Source: Azolla caroliniana | Lineage: Eukaryota; Plantae; Polypodiophyta | NCBI GenBank assembly: GCA_043228905.1 | Contig: JBHGNT010000011.1 | Coordinates: 5,456,001-5,520,000, forward strand | Length of the DNA: 64,000 nucleotides | Reading direction: 5' to 3' | Part shown: in pieces, positions 24,701-36,764 of the stretch | Layout of the letters: each line of letters opens with the position of its first letter | Numbering within the stretch: position 1 is the stretch's first letter | Made by a program: the position numbers and the translations under genes | Notes under the pieces: generated by a model | What the model saw: the letters and a program-made list of their open reading frames with translations, nothing else | Told to the model about the DNA's origin: nothing | Database searches by the model: none

Positions 24701-26884
24701 ATATGACTTTTTGGCTATTTACAAATATAGCCACAATGGGCTCTCAGAAACATATTTACGAATATGTCTCTTCCTTCGGTTCATACCGGGTCTGCACCAT
24801 CCGGCTCTCCGTAGCCGGGTACTCCTCATCTGGTTCATACCGGGCCTGCACCATCCGGCTCTCCGTAGCCGGGTACTCCTCATCCGGTTCATACCGGGCC
24901 TGCACCATCCGGCTCTCCGTAGCCGGGTACTCCTCATCCGGTTCGTACCGGGCCTGCACCATCCGGCTCTCCGTAGCCGGGTACTCCTCATCCGGTTCAT
25001 ACCGGGCCTGCACCATTCGGCTCTCCGTAGCCGGGGTCCTCCTCATACGGTTTCGGCCTCGGCCGAGTTTGTTCATCGTCACTGATCTTCTCCCTTCCCA
25101 TCCGGAGGGACCTGTCTCCCAACATCTAGGATGCTCCGATTTCTAACGAAACTTGTCTGGGACGGATGAATGAGTTGAGGGAGAAGTAGAGTTAAACGGC
25201 GTGCCACGATTTTTGCGAGCAACTTATAGATAGTATTGAGAAGAGTAATGGGCCACCACTTGTGAATGTCATTGGCATTCCCACCACTTTTAGGAATGAG
25301 ATGTATCATCCCCTGTCCAAATTCCTCCAGCATGCTTCCAGAGGTGATGATCTCCTCATATGCTTGGAGGAGGTCTTCTTTAATAGTGCCCCAAAGGCAT
25401 GTGAAAAAGTGCGGGGTGAGACCGTCAATTCCGGGGTAGCTCTCGGCATCTAAATCAGTGAGGGCCTCCCATATCTCAATGATTGACAGGGGACGCACAA
25501 GCCAGGTATTCATTTCCGGTGTGACTTTTTCAGGTATGCTTTGGAGGATAATATCATCGCTTATGTCTTCCCATGTAGCTATCATGTCTTCGGTAAGTAG
25601 GCGGCTATAATACCTTGTGGCAATATTCCTCATTTCGTCGCCATCCTCAGTGATTGTTCCATCCTTCCGGTTGAGGCTGCGCATCACAGTTCTAGCATGC
25701 CTTGGGCCTTTGGAGCAGAAGAATTCTTTTGTGGTTTTGTCCCCTACTCGAATCCATTGCGCCATGTTGCCATGAAACTCCATGTCATATATTGCCTTTT
25801 TGGCCATGCTAAGTTCCTGTTTGGCCGTGGCGACTTGTCCTGCGATCCAACTACAGGATGGGTATCTCTGTTGGAGTCGTTGTAAGGCTATTAGTCCCCG
25901 TTTTGTCCTCTATCGCTTCTCCTGAGCATCCTTGCGTCTGGTCTTGACAATCTCATGTAGGAGAGTAGAGGCTCTTGTTAATTTAGCTAAAAGTTTGTCC
26001 GATGCTGATGAGCCATTGACGGGTAATGACCATTGGTTGGATAGTTGGTCCTTCACGTCTATAAGTGTGTAAATAGTGTGTGGGATGCGAGTCTGGAATG
26101 GGCCCCATTTTCGGTGCAATTGAAAATGACCAGCTACTGGGTAATGGTCAGAGAAAGTCGTGCCTGGAGTTATGCGACACCACCCTCCCTTCGCTTCTAA
26201 AGCCTCGCCCACATAAATGCGGTCAATGCGAGATAGGGTGGGTCCACTTTTCCGCTCGTCTGATCGGGAGAATAGGAGAGAATCCCTTTTCCGTTGGAAG
26301 TTGGCAGAATGCCAGATGTCTCGTAGGTTAAGGTGGACACATAGCTTCTCCCATTGTTTGCGTTCCCTTCCTTGTAGAACTATGGGGTTGTTGTTGGAGC
26401 TATCATGAATGGATTCGATCATATTAAAATCCCCTCCAATGCACCACTCTTCCGCACCCACTACTTGTAGGCAGATGCGGTCCCAGAATGTTGCTCTTTC
26501 TATTCTGTTATTTGGAGCATAAACATTCATGAAGTTCCATCGTTGCCCTTGGATGGTTAGCGTGCAAAAATGTGCCCTACCAGGTATAAGTGATTCTTGG
26601 TGTATTAAGCCTTGGGCTAGATGTTCCCGAATCAAAGTGCAAATACCACCATGATTTCCATCCTCCCCAATTGCTGGCTCCCAAATCGTTCGCCATGATC
26701 CTGGTAGAAGGTCTCCGACTTCCTTTAACAGTGTGCTATCGAGGTGGTGTTCCTGCAACATGATGATGTCAGCACCACTCCCTAGTAAATGTTCTTCAAT
26801 ATCCCTTCTTAGTTTCCATCTATTTTGCTGGTCTAGTCTACTTCTGAGTCCTTGCACGTTCCATGTTATAAGCTTCATACTCAT
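21772..26884 (-). pseudogene. LINE 3 ORF2 (EN-RT-zf), with stops/frameshifts and a solo-LTR insertion
   Basis: TWNVQGL, GGDFN, SDH; WWPITLLN; LDFEKAYD; CVEC...HALWDC. Confidence 0.92.
24317..25124 (-). mobile_element. Solo LTR (copia-type family C) with five 54-bp tandem repeats
   Basis: TG...CA termini; 5-bp TSD TCTAG (24312-24316 / 25125-25129). It interrupts LINE 3 RT at 'RSILD|NLFSF'. Confidence 0.92.
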
Positions 26885-28614
26885 GCAATGGGGTGGGAGG
26901 TTGCCAGTTGTGCCTGGTGCTTTGTACAACAGGTCGTGAGTGGGGAGCACTCACCATTTAGACATCCAGTCATTTCCAGGGATGGAATAGTGGTCCACAT
27001 CCATGAGTGGAGTTTGTGGGCTATCTTGTGGGCTTCAATCGCCCCTTCATGCTTCTCATAGAAATAGACAAAGCTTGGAGTTAGTTGGGTATTTATGATA
27101 GTCTGCAGGTGGATGTGGCAAAGATGGGGGTCCTCTTCATCCATGGTGCACCAGAATTCAGTGTTATGCCAATGTTGCTTTAGTTCATTCATGAGCTCTT
27201 CATCTCTTATTTGTGCTACAAAGCACGCTGCTTGGCTACATAACATATCTTTAATCTTGGATTTCGACCAATCTTCCTGAGTCGGAAGCAAGAGTGGAAA
27301 GGAGATTGAGGTCGTCGGAACTCCGTTATTGTGCACCGCTGATACATGTACCCTTATTTTTTTCATTGTCTTGAGCCCTATACCTAGCCATTTGAAGGCA
27401 TTTTGTGGGTGTGGTTCAAGGTCTTGGCTAGAGGAAGCACACTCATTTGTGTCCGGGACGACTATGATTTGAGGCGTAACATTCACACTTCTGCCTTGGG
27501 TTGTTGCTTCTGCATTGGGTGTCGTTCCACTCAAGCTCCTTATTAGGGTCTTTACATGACTTATTCGTCTGCATTTCCCTGTTTTGTAAGCTTTAACGAG
27601 AACTTTCTCTTGGGTGCTTGGTGTCGCCTTAGGTCGTTCCTTGGGGCTTACGAAAGAACTAGGGGAATGCTCATCTGTGGGGGGGAGCTCTTGTAGTAGA
27701 TCAAAGCGATTGGGGCTCATAGGCGATGGAGGATTTTGTGCCGGTGATGTTTTTCGAAGGACATGGGTTTTTTCCACCACTCGCCATTCCATCACAGCCT
27801 TGTCGGGTCGTGGTGGGGGAGGCTTTTGATGTCTTATGGTATCCTGACCTTCCAGAGTCTCCTTTGTAGGATCTTTAATACGTCTTGTGGGGCAATTCTT
27901 TTTTAAATGACCAAGTTTTTTGCATGCAAAACATTGCCCCGGTGCGCCAATCACTTCTATGCGTTGTTCAATTCGCATTCCGTTTTTCCTGGGAATGAGG
28001 ATCTTGGAGGGAAGTTTATTGATGTCCTGCACCAAGAGGCGGATAGAGGGAGGGCCTAGGTGCTTCTTTAGTCTGTCTGCTAGCGTTAGTTCCTCATCCA
28101 ACATCATCCCAAAGGAGTTGCCAATAGTAGGAAGTAACATGTTGTATTCTAAGGATAGTCCAGGAAACAACATTGTTACCTTTTTTATGGACTCATCCTG
28201 TTGTGCGGCTTTCTCTGGGTTAAAACCATGTGTCCATTTACGCATGAACAACCATGTATTTCGGACCTGGCAGGGGGAAACTGCTATGAGGTTCGTTGCA
28301 GACTCCTTGTCTTCTAGTATGATTTGATAGAAGCCTTTACCAAGCGGTTGGACTTCTTTTATACCACGGAGTTGTGAATGAAATTGAGCTTGCAACATAT
28401 ATCGCAACTACCCTCTGTTTGGTCGTGATCCCATCACTCGGCATATGACCGCTATTCGCTCAAGGCGCTCTATCTCTTTCTCAAGTAGAAGCATCTCTTC
28501 GTTGTTGAAAATAATCTCAACAGGACCCCCGCTATTAGAGATGTTTTTTCCGTTATCGATCGAGGGGCTTGTTGGTGCAATGTGTTCGACAGTGGCGATG
28601 TTTGAAGGTGCCAT
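26881..28614 (-). pseudogene. LINE 3 ORF1 (one internal stop at 28408-28410)
   Basis: CFACKKLGHLKKNC knuckle; N-terminus 'ICRVMGSRPNRG' matches LINE 2 'VCRIIGLRPNRG'. Confidence 0.9.
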
Positions 28615-29399
28615 TAGTGATAAAATTGGACTGCGTCTCTTTCTCTCTTCTCCTTCTTTTTTTTTTTTTTGGGAGGGGGGGTTGTCACTTGTCTAAACTA
28701 TTGAATGGGTGTAGGAACAATTGCTAGTATTGTGTGCAATGGGGGGGGTTGTCACTCCTCGAACAGTGGGGGAGTGGGGGGGTTTCACTCCTCAAAGGTT
28801 GGGTTCACTCCTCGAACTCTGTGTGTGTGTGTGTGGGGGGAGGGGGGGGGGTTCACTCCTCGAACAGTGTTTTGGGAGGGGGGTTCACTCCTCAAAACCT
28901 GCTCCTCCTCGAACAGTGGGGGAGGTGTGAGAGGAAACCCTAAATGATGGCCTCCTCACGAAACTGAGGAGGGCGATGCAACAACGGCGGGGAGGAGAGG
29001 CGTCTGTGTCAATGAGCAGTGGGAGGCTTATGGACCCTCACGTTTCTGCTGCTTCGGCTCCAACTCCGGCTCTAGCTTCTGCTCCTGCTCCTGCTCCAGT
29101 TCGGTTTCCGTTGTCTACCGGTGCGATTCAACCCTCCTGCGCCGCTGCTCCAATCTGCGTTTCGTTCGAATGGAGTTTGTGATCCTTTTGTGTCACAAAG
29201 AGGCGTCTCTCGGCTCCTGCTTTGGCTCCGGCTCCTGCTCCAATTCCTGCTCCTGCTCCGCTGCCTACCGGCGCGAGTCAACCCTCATGCGCCGCTGCTC
29301 TGCTGTGCCGGGCGGGTCTCCGCCGGGGGTTGGCGCGCCGCTCCGCTGCACCCGCTCTACTGTTCCCGCTCTCTCTACATGAAGGATATTCATACTCAT

Positions 29400-30557
29400 T
29401 AAATCATGTATATTGACATATACATATATGCATACACATACATACATTACATATGTACATACATATTCCACATATCACCATATATATATATGTACATATG
29501 CCTACAATGTTAAAAGTTTTACAAACATACATCCATACACATACATACATACATTACATACATGCATACACATAAATATGTTACATACACATACATACAT
29601 ACATTTCATCATAGACTACAATACATACATGTATACTTACACATACATAAATATTATGAACACACTCATGTATGCATTGTACACTATTACACATACAAAC
29701 ATACATGCATTGCATATTACATATATATACATATGTACATGCATACATGTACATTCATGCGTGTACATACATACATTGCATATGCATATATTACAATCAC
29801 ATTCATATACATTGAATCATGTACATTGTCATATATATGCATACACATATGTACATTCATACATGGACATACCTATATTCATTTATATATTGCTACTGTC
29901 TACATATACATAAATTAGATATATACATAAATATTACAATCACACATCCATACACATTGAATCATGTACATTGTCATATGGATATATGCATACACATGTA
30001 CATTCGTATATGGACATACATATCTTCATTTATACATTGCTACACATACATACACATACATACATAAGATATCTACATAGATATTATGCATATATTACAA
30101 TCACACATCAATACACATTGAATCATGTACATTTGCATATGCATATATGCATACACATATATACATTCCTACATGGACATACATATAGTCTTTTATACAT
30201 TGCTACATGTACATACACATATGTACATACATACATATATTAGATATATACACACATACGTATATATATATATATATACACCTACATATAGTCTTCTATA
30301 CATACACACACATTACATATGGATATATGCATACACATATGTACATTCATACATGGACGTATATACATATATTCATTTATACATTGCTACATATACATAC
30401 ACATATATATACATAGATATTATGCACATATTACAATCACACATCCATACACATTGAATCATGTACATTTGCATAGGCATATATGCATACACATACATAC
30501 AATCTTTTATACATTGCTACATGTACATACACATACATACATATTACAAACAAATAT

Positions 30558-30590
<33 letters not shown>

Positions 30591-30679
30591 TATACATACA
30601 TTACATATTACATATGTACATTCATATATTCATTCATTCATGTTTATTTATTGAAGCATACATATTTTATGCATACATT

Positions 30680-30725
<46 letters not shown>

Positions 30726-31072
30726 TTCATTCATGCATGCATACATTATGTGCACATACATAACATACATTCAAACATTCATGTTTTTTTATTTAGATAT
30801 TTGCCGCCTCCTCCTTTGCTCCCACCTCTTCTTTGCTCATTTCTGTGATTGCTTCTTCTCCCCTTCTTTTTGTCCTCGTTTTGCCGCTGCCTCTGTTCTC
30901 GTTTTGCCGCCGCCGCCACCGTTCGCCTTGTCGTGCCGCTTTTCCTCACCATTATTCTCTGTTGGGGCTGCCACAACTACTCTACAAATATTTTATAGGT
31001 ACACATAAGTACAAACATAAACCAACACATAAATTCTTAGCCACACACACGTACATACATACATACATACAT

Positions 31073-31157
<85 letters not shown>

Positions 31158-31469
31158 GGCCATACATACAATAAACGAAATTAATACATTACAATACAAT
31201 ATGTACATATATACACACATACCTATATACACATACATACACATTTACACATATAACACATACATACAATACAATATGTACACACATACATACATACACA
31301 TGGAATACAAACAATACATACATAAACACACACACACATGTGTAGAATATATATACACACATGTACACACATATATGTTGTATGGAACATACATACACAC
31401 ATACCTATATACACTTACATACATACACATTTACACATATAACACATACATACAATACAATATGTGCAC

Positions 31470-31504
<35 letters not shown>

Positions 31505-31675
31505 CGTGTAGAATATACATACACATATGGACACATATATATGTTGTATGGAACATACATACACACATGTACACACATATATGTTGTATGGAACATACAT
31601 ACACACATATATACACATACATACATACATACACATTTACACATATAACACATACATACAATACAATATGTGCAC

Positions 31676-31740
<65 letters not shown>

Positions 31741-32083
31741 TAGAATATACATACACATATGGACACATATATATGTGTATGGAACATACATACACACACA
31801 CACAAACATAACACACAACACACACACGAAATACATATAATAAATGCAATTAAATAAAATGCAATACAATATGTACATAATACACACATACCTATACACG
31901 CATGCATACAATCCATACAATACCTATATACAAATATAATGCACACATACATACATACATACACACATACATACAATATGTACATAATACACACATACCT
32001 ATACACACATGCATACAATCCATACAATACCTATATACACATATAATGCATACATTCATACACACATACACATAACACGATAT

Positions 32084-32121
<38 letters not shown>

Positions 32122-32155
32122 CAATTAAATAAAATAAAATACAATATGTACATAC
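29400..32155. repeat. Degenerate (CA/TA)-rich microsatellite field with a GC-rich island at 30800-30990
   Basis: Recurrent ACATTGAATCATGTACAT units, long (CA)n and (TA)n runs. Confidence 0.9.
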
Positions 32156-33391
32156 ATGATTATAGGGATCCTTCTAGGGATCCATGATTATATATTTCAG
32201 GATGTGGCTAAGATTTATGAAAATGAAAAAAGAGTGCATGGCATTATAACAAAGGTTCCTTTCATTATTTTTGAGGATGAGACTGTGATTAAGCGGAATG
32301 TTAAGTGGGATAGCTCAAATGATTTACTTTTGGGTTTTTGTGGGCTGAAGTCATCCAATCATCAATGTGTCTCATCATGTATGATAAAGATGGGTGACTC
32401 TAATGCTGGTTATGAAACCATTGTTAGCTCCTTTAAAGACTATGTGGTTGGACACTATGCTAGGGTGTTAATTGCGAATCCTCTTCACCCTAAACTTCCA
32501 CAATTAGTATTGGTTGTACAATGTACATGTAATTGCTTTGATGCAGATTTTGTAAAATGCCAATGGAATGAAGTGGAAACTTTATGGGAAAAACACCTCT
32601 CCACAAGTATTGGGCCAATTGTTGGACATGCATTGGATGGGGATAATAGGAGAAGAAAGATTATGCTTCAAGATTACTTAACCCCAAGCATATGCTTAAG
32701 ATATAAATTGCCTTGGGATGGTTGGATCTTCACAAGTCAAATGCATAATGATATGGTAAGTTGTCTTCATGATCAAGATTTCATCCATAATGGAAAGAAA
32801 CTTGTGAATGCACTAGATAATCCCTCAAGACAATTAGTAATTGGGGATGTATGGATCACATTGAATCATGTGTCTTTGGTATATAATAACTTCTCTATTG
32901 ATGCACATGGCTTAAGGGAATGTGATATTACGAGAGAAGATAGACAAAATTGGGTTGGAGCTCAAAGAATTGCAAGTAGAAATGTTACTAATTGTTTAAA
33001 GATGTTATACCAAGGTGGAGAAGGTGTCAAAGTAAGAGAAAGAGGCGCTTTGGGAACACATGTATACTTGCATATATTAGGTGACTATATTGATATTTTT
33101 CTATCCCCTCATGAGAGCTTATTCAAGCGTGTGGTACTTGCATCTAAAGTTGCATTCTTCTTTCAAATATGGAGATTATGGATTCTAGATAATCCAATTT
33201 ATAACTTAAAAAGTAATTTCATTAGTCGAGAAACATTTTTGGATGTACAAATATCTTGTCACTTTGTAGTTTCACTTATAAAAATGTTTCGTGACTTTTA
33301 TCTACAACGAGAATGTCCATTGCATCTCACAGGGTCTGATGGAGCTGAGATATTTTTTAGTAAAATAGGGGGAATGATTGGTATGGAGCGT

Positions 33392-36300
33392 TGTCGTGCC
33401 TTTCGGCTCCGGATCGTTGCGTGAGTCGGGTGGGAACCACCGGGGTTTTGGACTAGGAAGAGGAGAGTTTTAAGGCTAATAAGAATATAAATATGTTGTA
33501 AGAAAGAGTTATAGCAAACTCGTGAATCCCACGAGTGTATTGTATTAGATTAATCAATATGAATATAAGAATATAAACTTCGGTTGAAAGAGAATGATAT
33601 AGAATTCTCGTGAATCCCACGAGTATAGTTTATTAATTGGTGTTTTTTAGAAACATATCCAGTTTCCAAATATTTTTCACACCTATTACATTGTGCTCCC
33701 CATCCTTATGTAGTGATGGGAGAGACTAAGCATAGCTACATGCTTTTTTTCTAATATGTTCATGCGCTTTTATTTGCTAAATATAGTGCTCATGCACGCT
33801 AGATGTGCATGAGTCACTTTTTAGTTGCTTGCGTTTTTCTATAAAATATTCACGCACTCTAAAAATGCACGATTTACCTTTTAATAAAGGTAGGTGCAAA
33901 TAAAGCACTTATAGTTATTAAATCTATTTATAGAACACTAAAGATAAGGTAGTATAATGGTAAAGTTGAGGTTTGGCTACGTGGAGGTACAGGGTTTGAA
34001 TCCTGCCCTATGCACGTGATAAATATCTTGATATATTATTTTATTTATTTATATGTAATTAAATCGGTTATATTATTTTTACTTTTTCACGTAGTGTACG
34101 AAATACACTACGACACTCGCCCCCTCCGAACCCGCACATCCTCCGGTATGTGCCGAAGTTGCCGATGCTCGTTGTCTCCCCTTCATCCTCCGTTTGTCCC
34201 GCTATGTCAACTTTGTCTCTCCATTTTGAGTAGACCTATTCTTTCCACCCGAACCATTGTCGCCATCCGATCCACCATATTCTTTGTTCTGTCTCGTCAT
34301 ATTCTTGGCCCTTGTCATTCGTGGTAGTGTCTTTTACTGGCCTCTTTCTTGTCTTCATCAACCTTGACTTTTTTCCGGATCGCTCTCGTCCGATCAACTT
34401 TCGGTTTGATCGGCTTCCGATCGGATTCGTATTCGGCCGAATCGGAATCGGTTGTTCGGTTTCGATTGAGTCGGTCTCCTTCCGGCCCGGTTTCGATCTA
34501 TCGGTTTCGGTTTCGGTTTCGGTTGGCTTTCTTTTCCTCGTTTTCACCAGCCTCGACCGGTCCAACCTCCGGTTGAGTCGGATTAGCTTCTTTTTGGATC
34601 GGTCTCGTCCGATCGGCTTTCGGCTAGGTTGGCTTCCATCCATATTCACGTTCGGCCAAGTCAGACTCAATCGATCGGTTTTGATCGAGTCGACCCCTTT
34701 TCGGGTCGGCTTTCTTTCGGATCGGAATCCCGTCCGGATCACCTTCCATCCAAACCGGCTTCCGACTTTACCTTTCTTGCTGCCACCTCCCGTCTCTCCG
34801 GTCTCACGTTGGTTCTCGGACACAACTGCCGAAGTCTCTAGAATTAGTGGGTAGGAATCCTCGGTATTATCATCCTCCATTGTTTCACCCATAGCCATAT
34901 TCTCGGCTATCTCTCCGTCGTATGCATCGACTTTGACCTTTGTTTTCTCTCCGCCACCTTCCGTCTCTTCGGTCTCACGTTGCCTTTCGAACGCAACCGC
35001 CGGAGTCTCTAGAATCAGTGGTGGGGAAGTCTCGATATGGCCATCCGTCGTTGATTCGTCCATAGCCACCTTCGATTCGATGTCATCTTTCTTGGTGACC
35101 TCCTCAATCAAGTCCTCCTTGCTCTCTTTCACTGCATCAATTATGCAAACATCAATTATGCTTACCCCTTTTTCACCCGATGTTTCAGACACTTGTATTC
35201 CGAAATCTTCTTCTACACTTGGGTTATCGGCCTTATCCTTTGCCATCGTTCTTTCGCAAGACAAGAGGGTAGCTTGTTTTACACCCTCTTCCGTCGCACC
35301 ATCATGTTGTATTTCGGCCTTCATATCGGCTCCATCGTTTGTCTTCAATCGACCATCCTTCATCGGCCATGTCGTTGACAAGATTCTCATCTTCCTCTCA
35401 TCATGTCTCTGGCATACCCTTTGGACTTCGGCCCAATCTTCGGTAAGGCCGTTTGCACCGTCATCATCTTCGAGTTCGATCCCAATGTCCATCCTTTCTT
35501 TCCGATCGATCGATCTTACGAACATTAAGACTTTATCTTCTCCCACCAATCTTCGTTCCCGCTCCGAGAGTCGAGCAAAACGATGCTCGAACTCTAGGAA
35601 CGCTTGCGTTGCACTTCGGTGAGTCTTCTCCGACGCCACCCATTCATCGAATTCTCGTCGATCTCGTCCCGTCCATCTCTCATAGTCATATGCCTCCCGT
35701 AAAGCTTCTTCAAAGGACTCCCATGTCGAGTTTTGTTGTTGTATCTTGTGGATTCTCTCTTGTAGTTCGTCCGAGGCCACCCGACTAAAGGATATCACTT
35801 GCAATCCTTCCGGTATCCGATATTGCATCATCTCCGCCTTATATTCACGTAGGTAGCGTGACACACCCTTACCGTTGAATTCCCCGTTTCGTCGCAGAAG
35901 CCGCTCTACTTCCGCCTTCATCTCCGACATCGCACGTTGTTCTTGTTGCATCCGCTCAAACATTATCATCATCATGTTCATCGCCTCTTGTTGATTCTCC
36001 ATCTCCTTGCCACCCGCCTTCACGTCGGGTTCACCAACTGTGTCGTGCCTTTCGGCTCCGGATCGTTGCGTGAGTCGGGTGGGAACCACCGGGGTTTTGG
36101 ACTAGGAAGAGGAGAGTTTTAAGGCTAATAAGAATATAAATATGTTGTAAGAAAGAGTTATAGCAAACTCGTGAATCCCACGAGTGTATTGTATTAGATT
36201 AATCAATATGAATATAAGAATATAAACTTCGGTTGAAAGAGAATGATATAGAATTCTCGTGAATCCCACGAGTATAGTTTATTAATTGGTGTTTTTTAGA

Positions 36301-36764
36301 AACATATCCAGTTTCCAAATATTTTTCACACCTATTACATTGTGCTCCCCATCCTTATGTAGTGATGGGAGAGACTAAGCATAGCTACATGCTTTTTTTC
36401 TAATATGTTCATGCGCTTTTATTTGCTAAATATAGTGCTCATGCACGCTAGATGTGCATGAGTCACTTTTTAGTTGCTTGCGTTTTTCTATAAAATATTC
36501 ACGCACTCTAAAAATGCACGATTTACCTTTTAATAAAGGTAGGTGCAAATAAAGCACTTATAGTTATTAAATCTATTTATAGAACACTAAAGATAAGGTA
36601 GTATAATGGTAAAGTTGAGGTTTGGCTACGTGGAGGTACAGGGTTTGAATCCTGCCCTATGCACGTGATAAATATCTTGATATATTATTTTATTTATTTA
36701 TATGTAATTAAATCGGTTATATTATTTTTACTTTTTCACGTAGTGTACGAAATACACTACGACA
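33392..36764 (-). mobile_element. Non-autonomous gag-only LTR retroelement (Ty3/gypsy-type), very young
   Basis: 724-bp LTRs at 33392-34115 and 36041-36764 that look identical; TG..CA ends; 4-bp TSD GCGT; PBS TGGTGAACCCGACGTG (tRNA-Trp); PPT GGAGGGGGCGAG. Confidence 0.93.
34236..36089 (-). CDS. gag: Gag-like protein with acidic middle and basic repetitive tail (617 aa)
   Basis: FNGKGVSRYLREY...TWESFEEALREAY retrotransposon-gag-like segment; open ORF between the LTRs; no PR/RT/IN. Confidence 0.75.
   Translation of the reverse strand: MVPTRLTQRSGAERHDTVGEPDVKAGGKEMENQQEAMNMMMIMFERMQQEQRAMSEMKAEVERLLRRNGEFNGKGVSRYLREYKAEMMQYRIPEGLQVISFSRVASDELQERIHKIQQQNSTWESFEEALREAYDYERWTGRDRREFDEWVASEKTHRSATQAFLEFEHRFARLSERERRLVGEDKVLMFVRSIDRKERMDIGIELEDDDGANGLTEDWAEVQRVCQRHDERKMRILSTTWPMKDGRLKTNDGADMKAEIQHDGATEEGVKQATLLSCERTMAKDKADNPSVEEDFGIQVSETSGEKGVSIIDVCIIDAVKESKEDLIEEVTKKDDIESKVAMDESTTDGHIETSPPLILETPAVAFERQRETEETEGGGEKTKVKVDAYDGEIAENMAMGETMEDDNTEDSYPLILETSAVVSENQRETGETGGGSKKGKVGSRFGWKVIRTGFRSERKPTRKGVDSIKTDRLSLTWPNVNMDGSQPSRKPIGRDRSKKKLIRLNRRLDRSRLVKTRKRKPTETETETDRSKPGRKETDSIETEQPIPIRPNTNPIGSRSNRKLIGRERSGKKSRLMKTRKRPVKDTTTNDKGQEYDETEQRIWWIGWRQWFGWKE

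Larger units (their letters stand above)
21709..29385 (-). mobile_element. L1-clade LINE 3 (decayed; same lineage as LINE 2)
   Basis: Poly(T) at ~21707; ORF1/ORF2 fragments homologous to LINE 2. Candidate 15-bp TSD ATATTCATA(T/C)TCATT at 21694-21708 and 29386-29400. Confidence 0.85.

Noticed and set aside
24703-25146. Repeat-containing ORFs in several frames
   Set aside because: They are a by-product of the stop-poor 54-bp LTR repeat.
29413-32113. Many His/Thr/Tyr/Cys/Val-rich ORFs (also 20037-21746)
   Set aside because: They are translations of CA/TA microsatellite.
32156-33424. Host gene or domesticated transposase
   Set aside because: It lies within TIRs/TSD, has an in-frame stop and is interrupted by an LTR element.
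33943-34014. Functional tRNA gene
   Set aside because: No anticodon stem and weak D and acceptor stems; only the promoter boxes and T-arm are recognisable.
34312-35788. Antisense ORFs over gag (and similar ones over copia/LINE ORFs)
   Set aside because: Shadow ORFs with no recognisable motifs.
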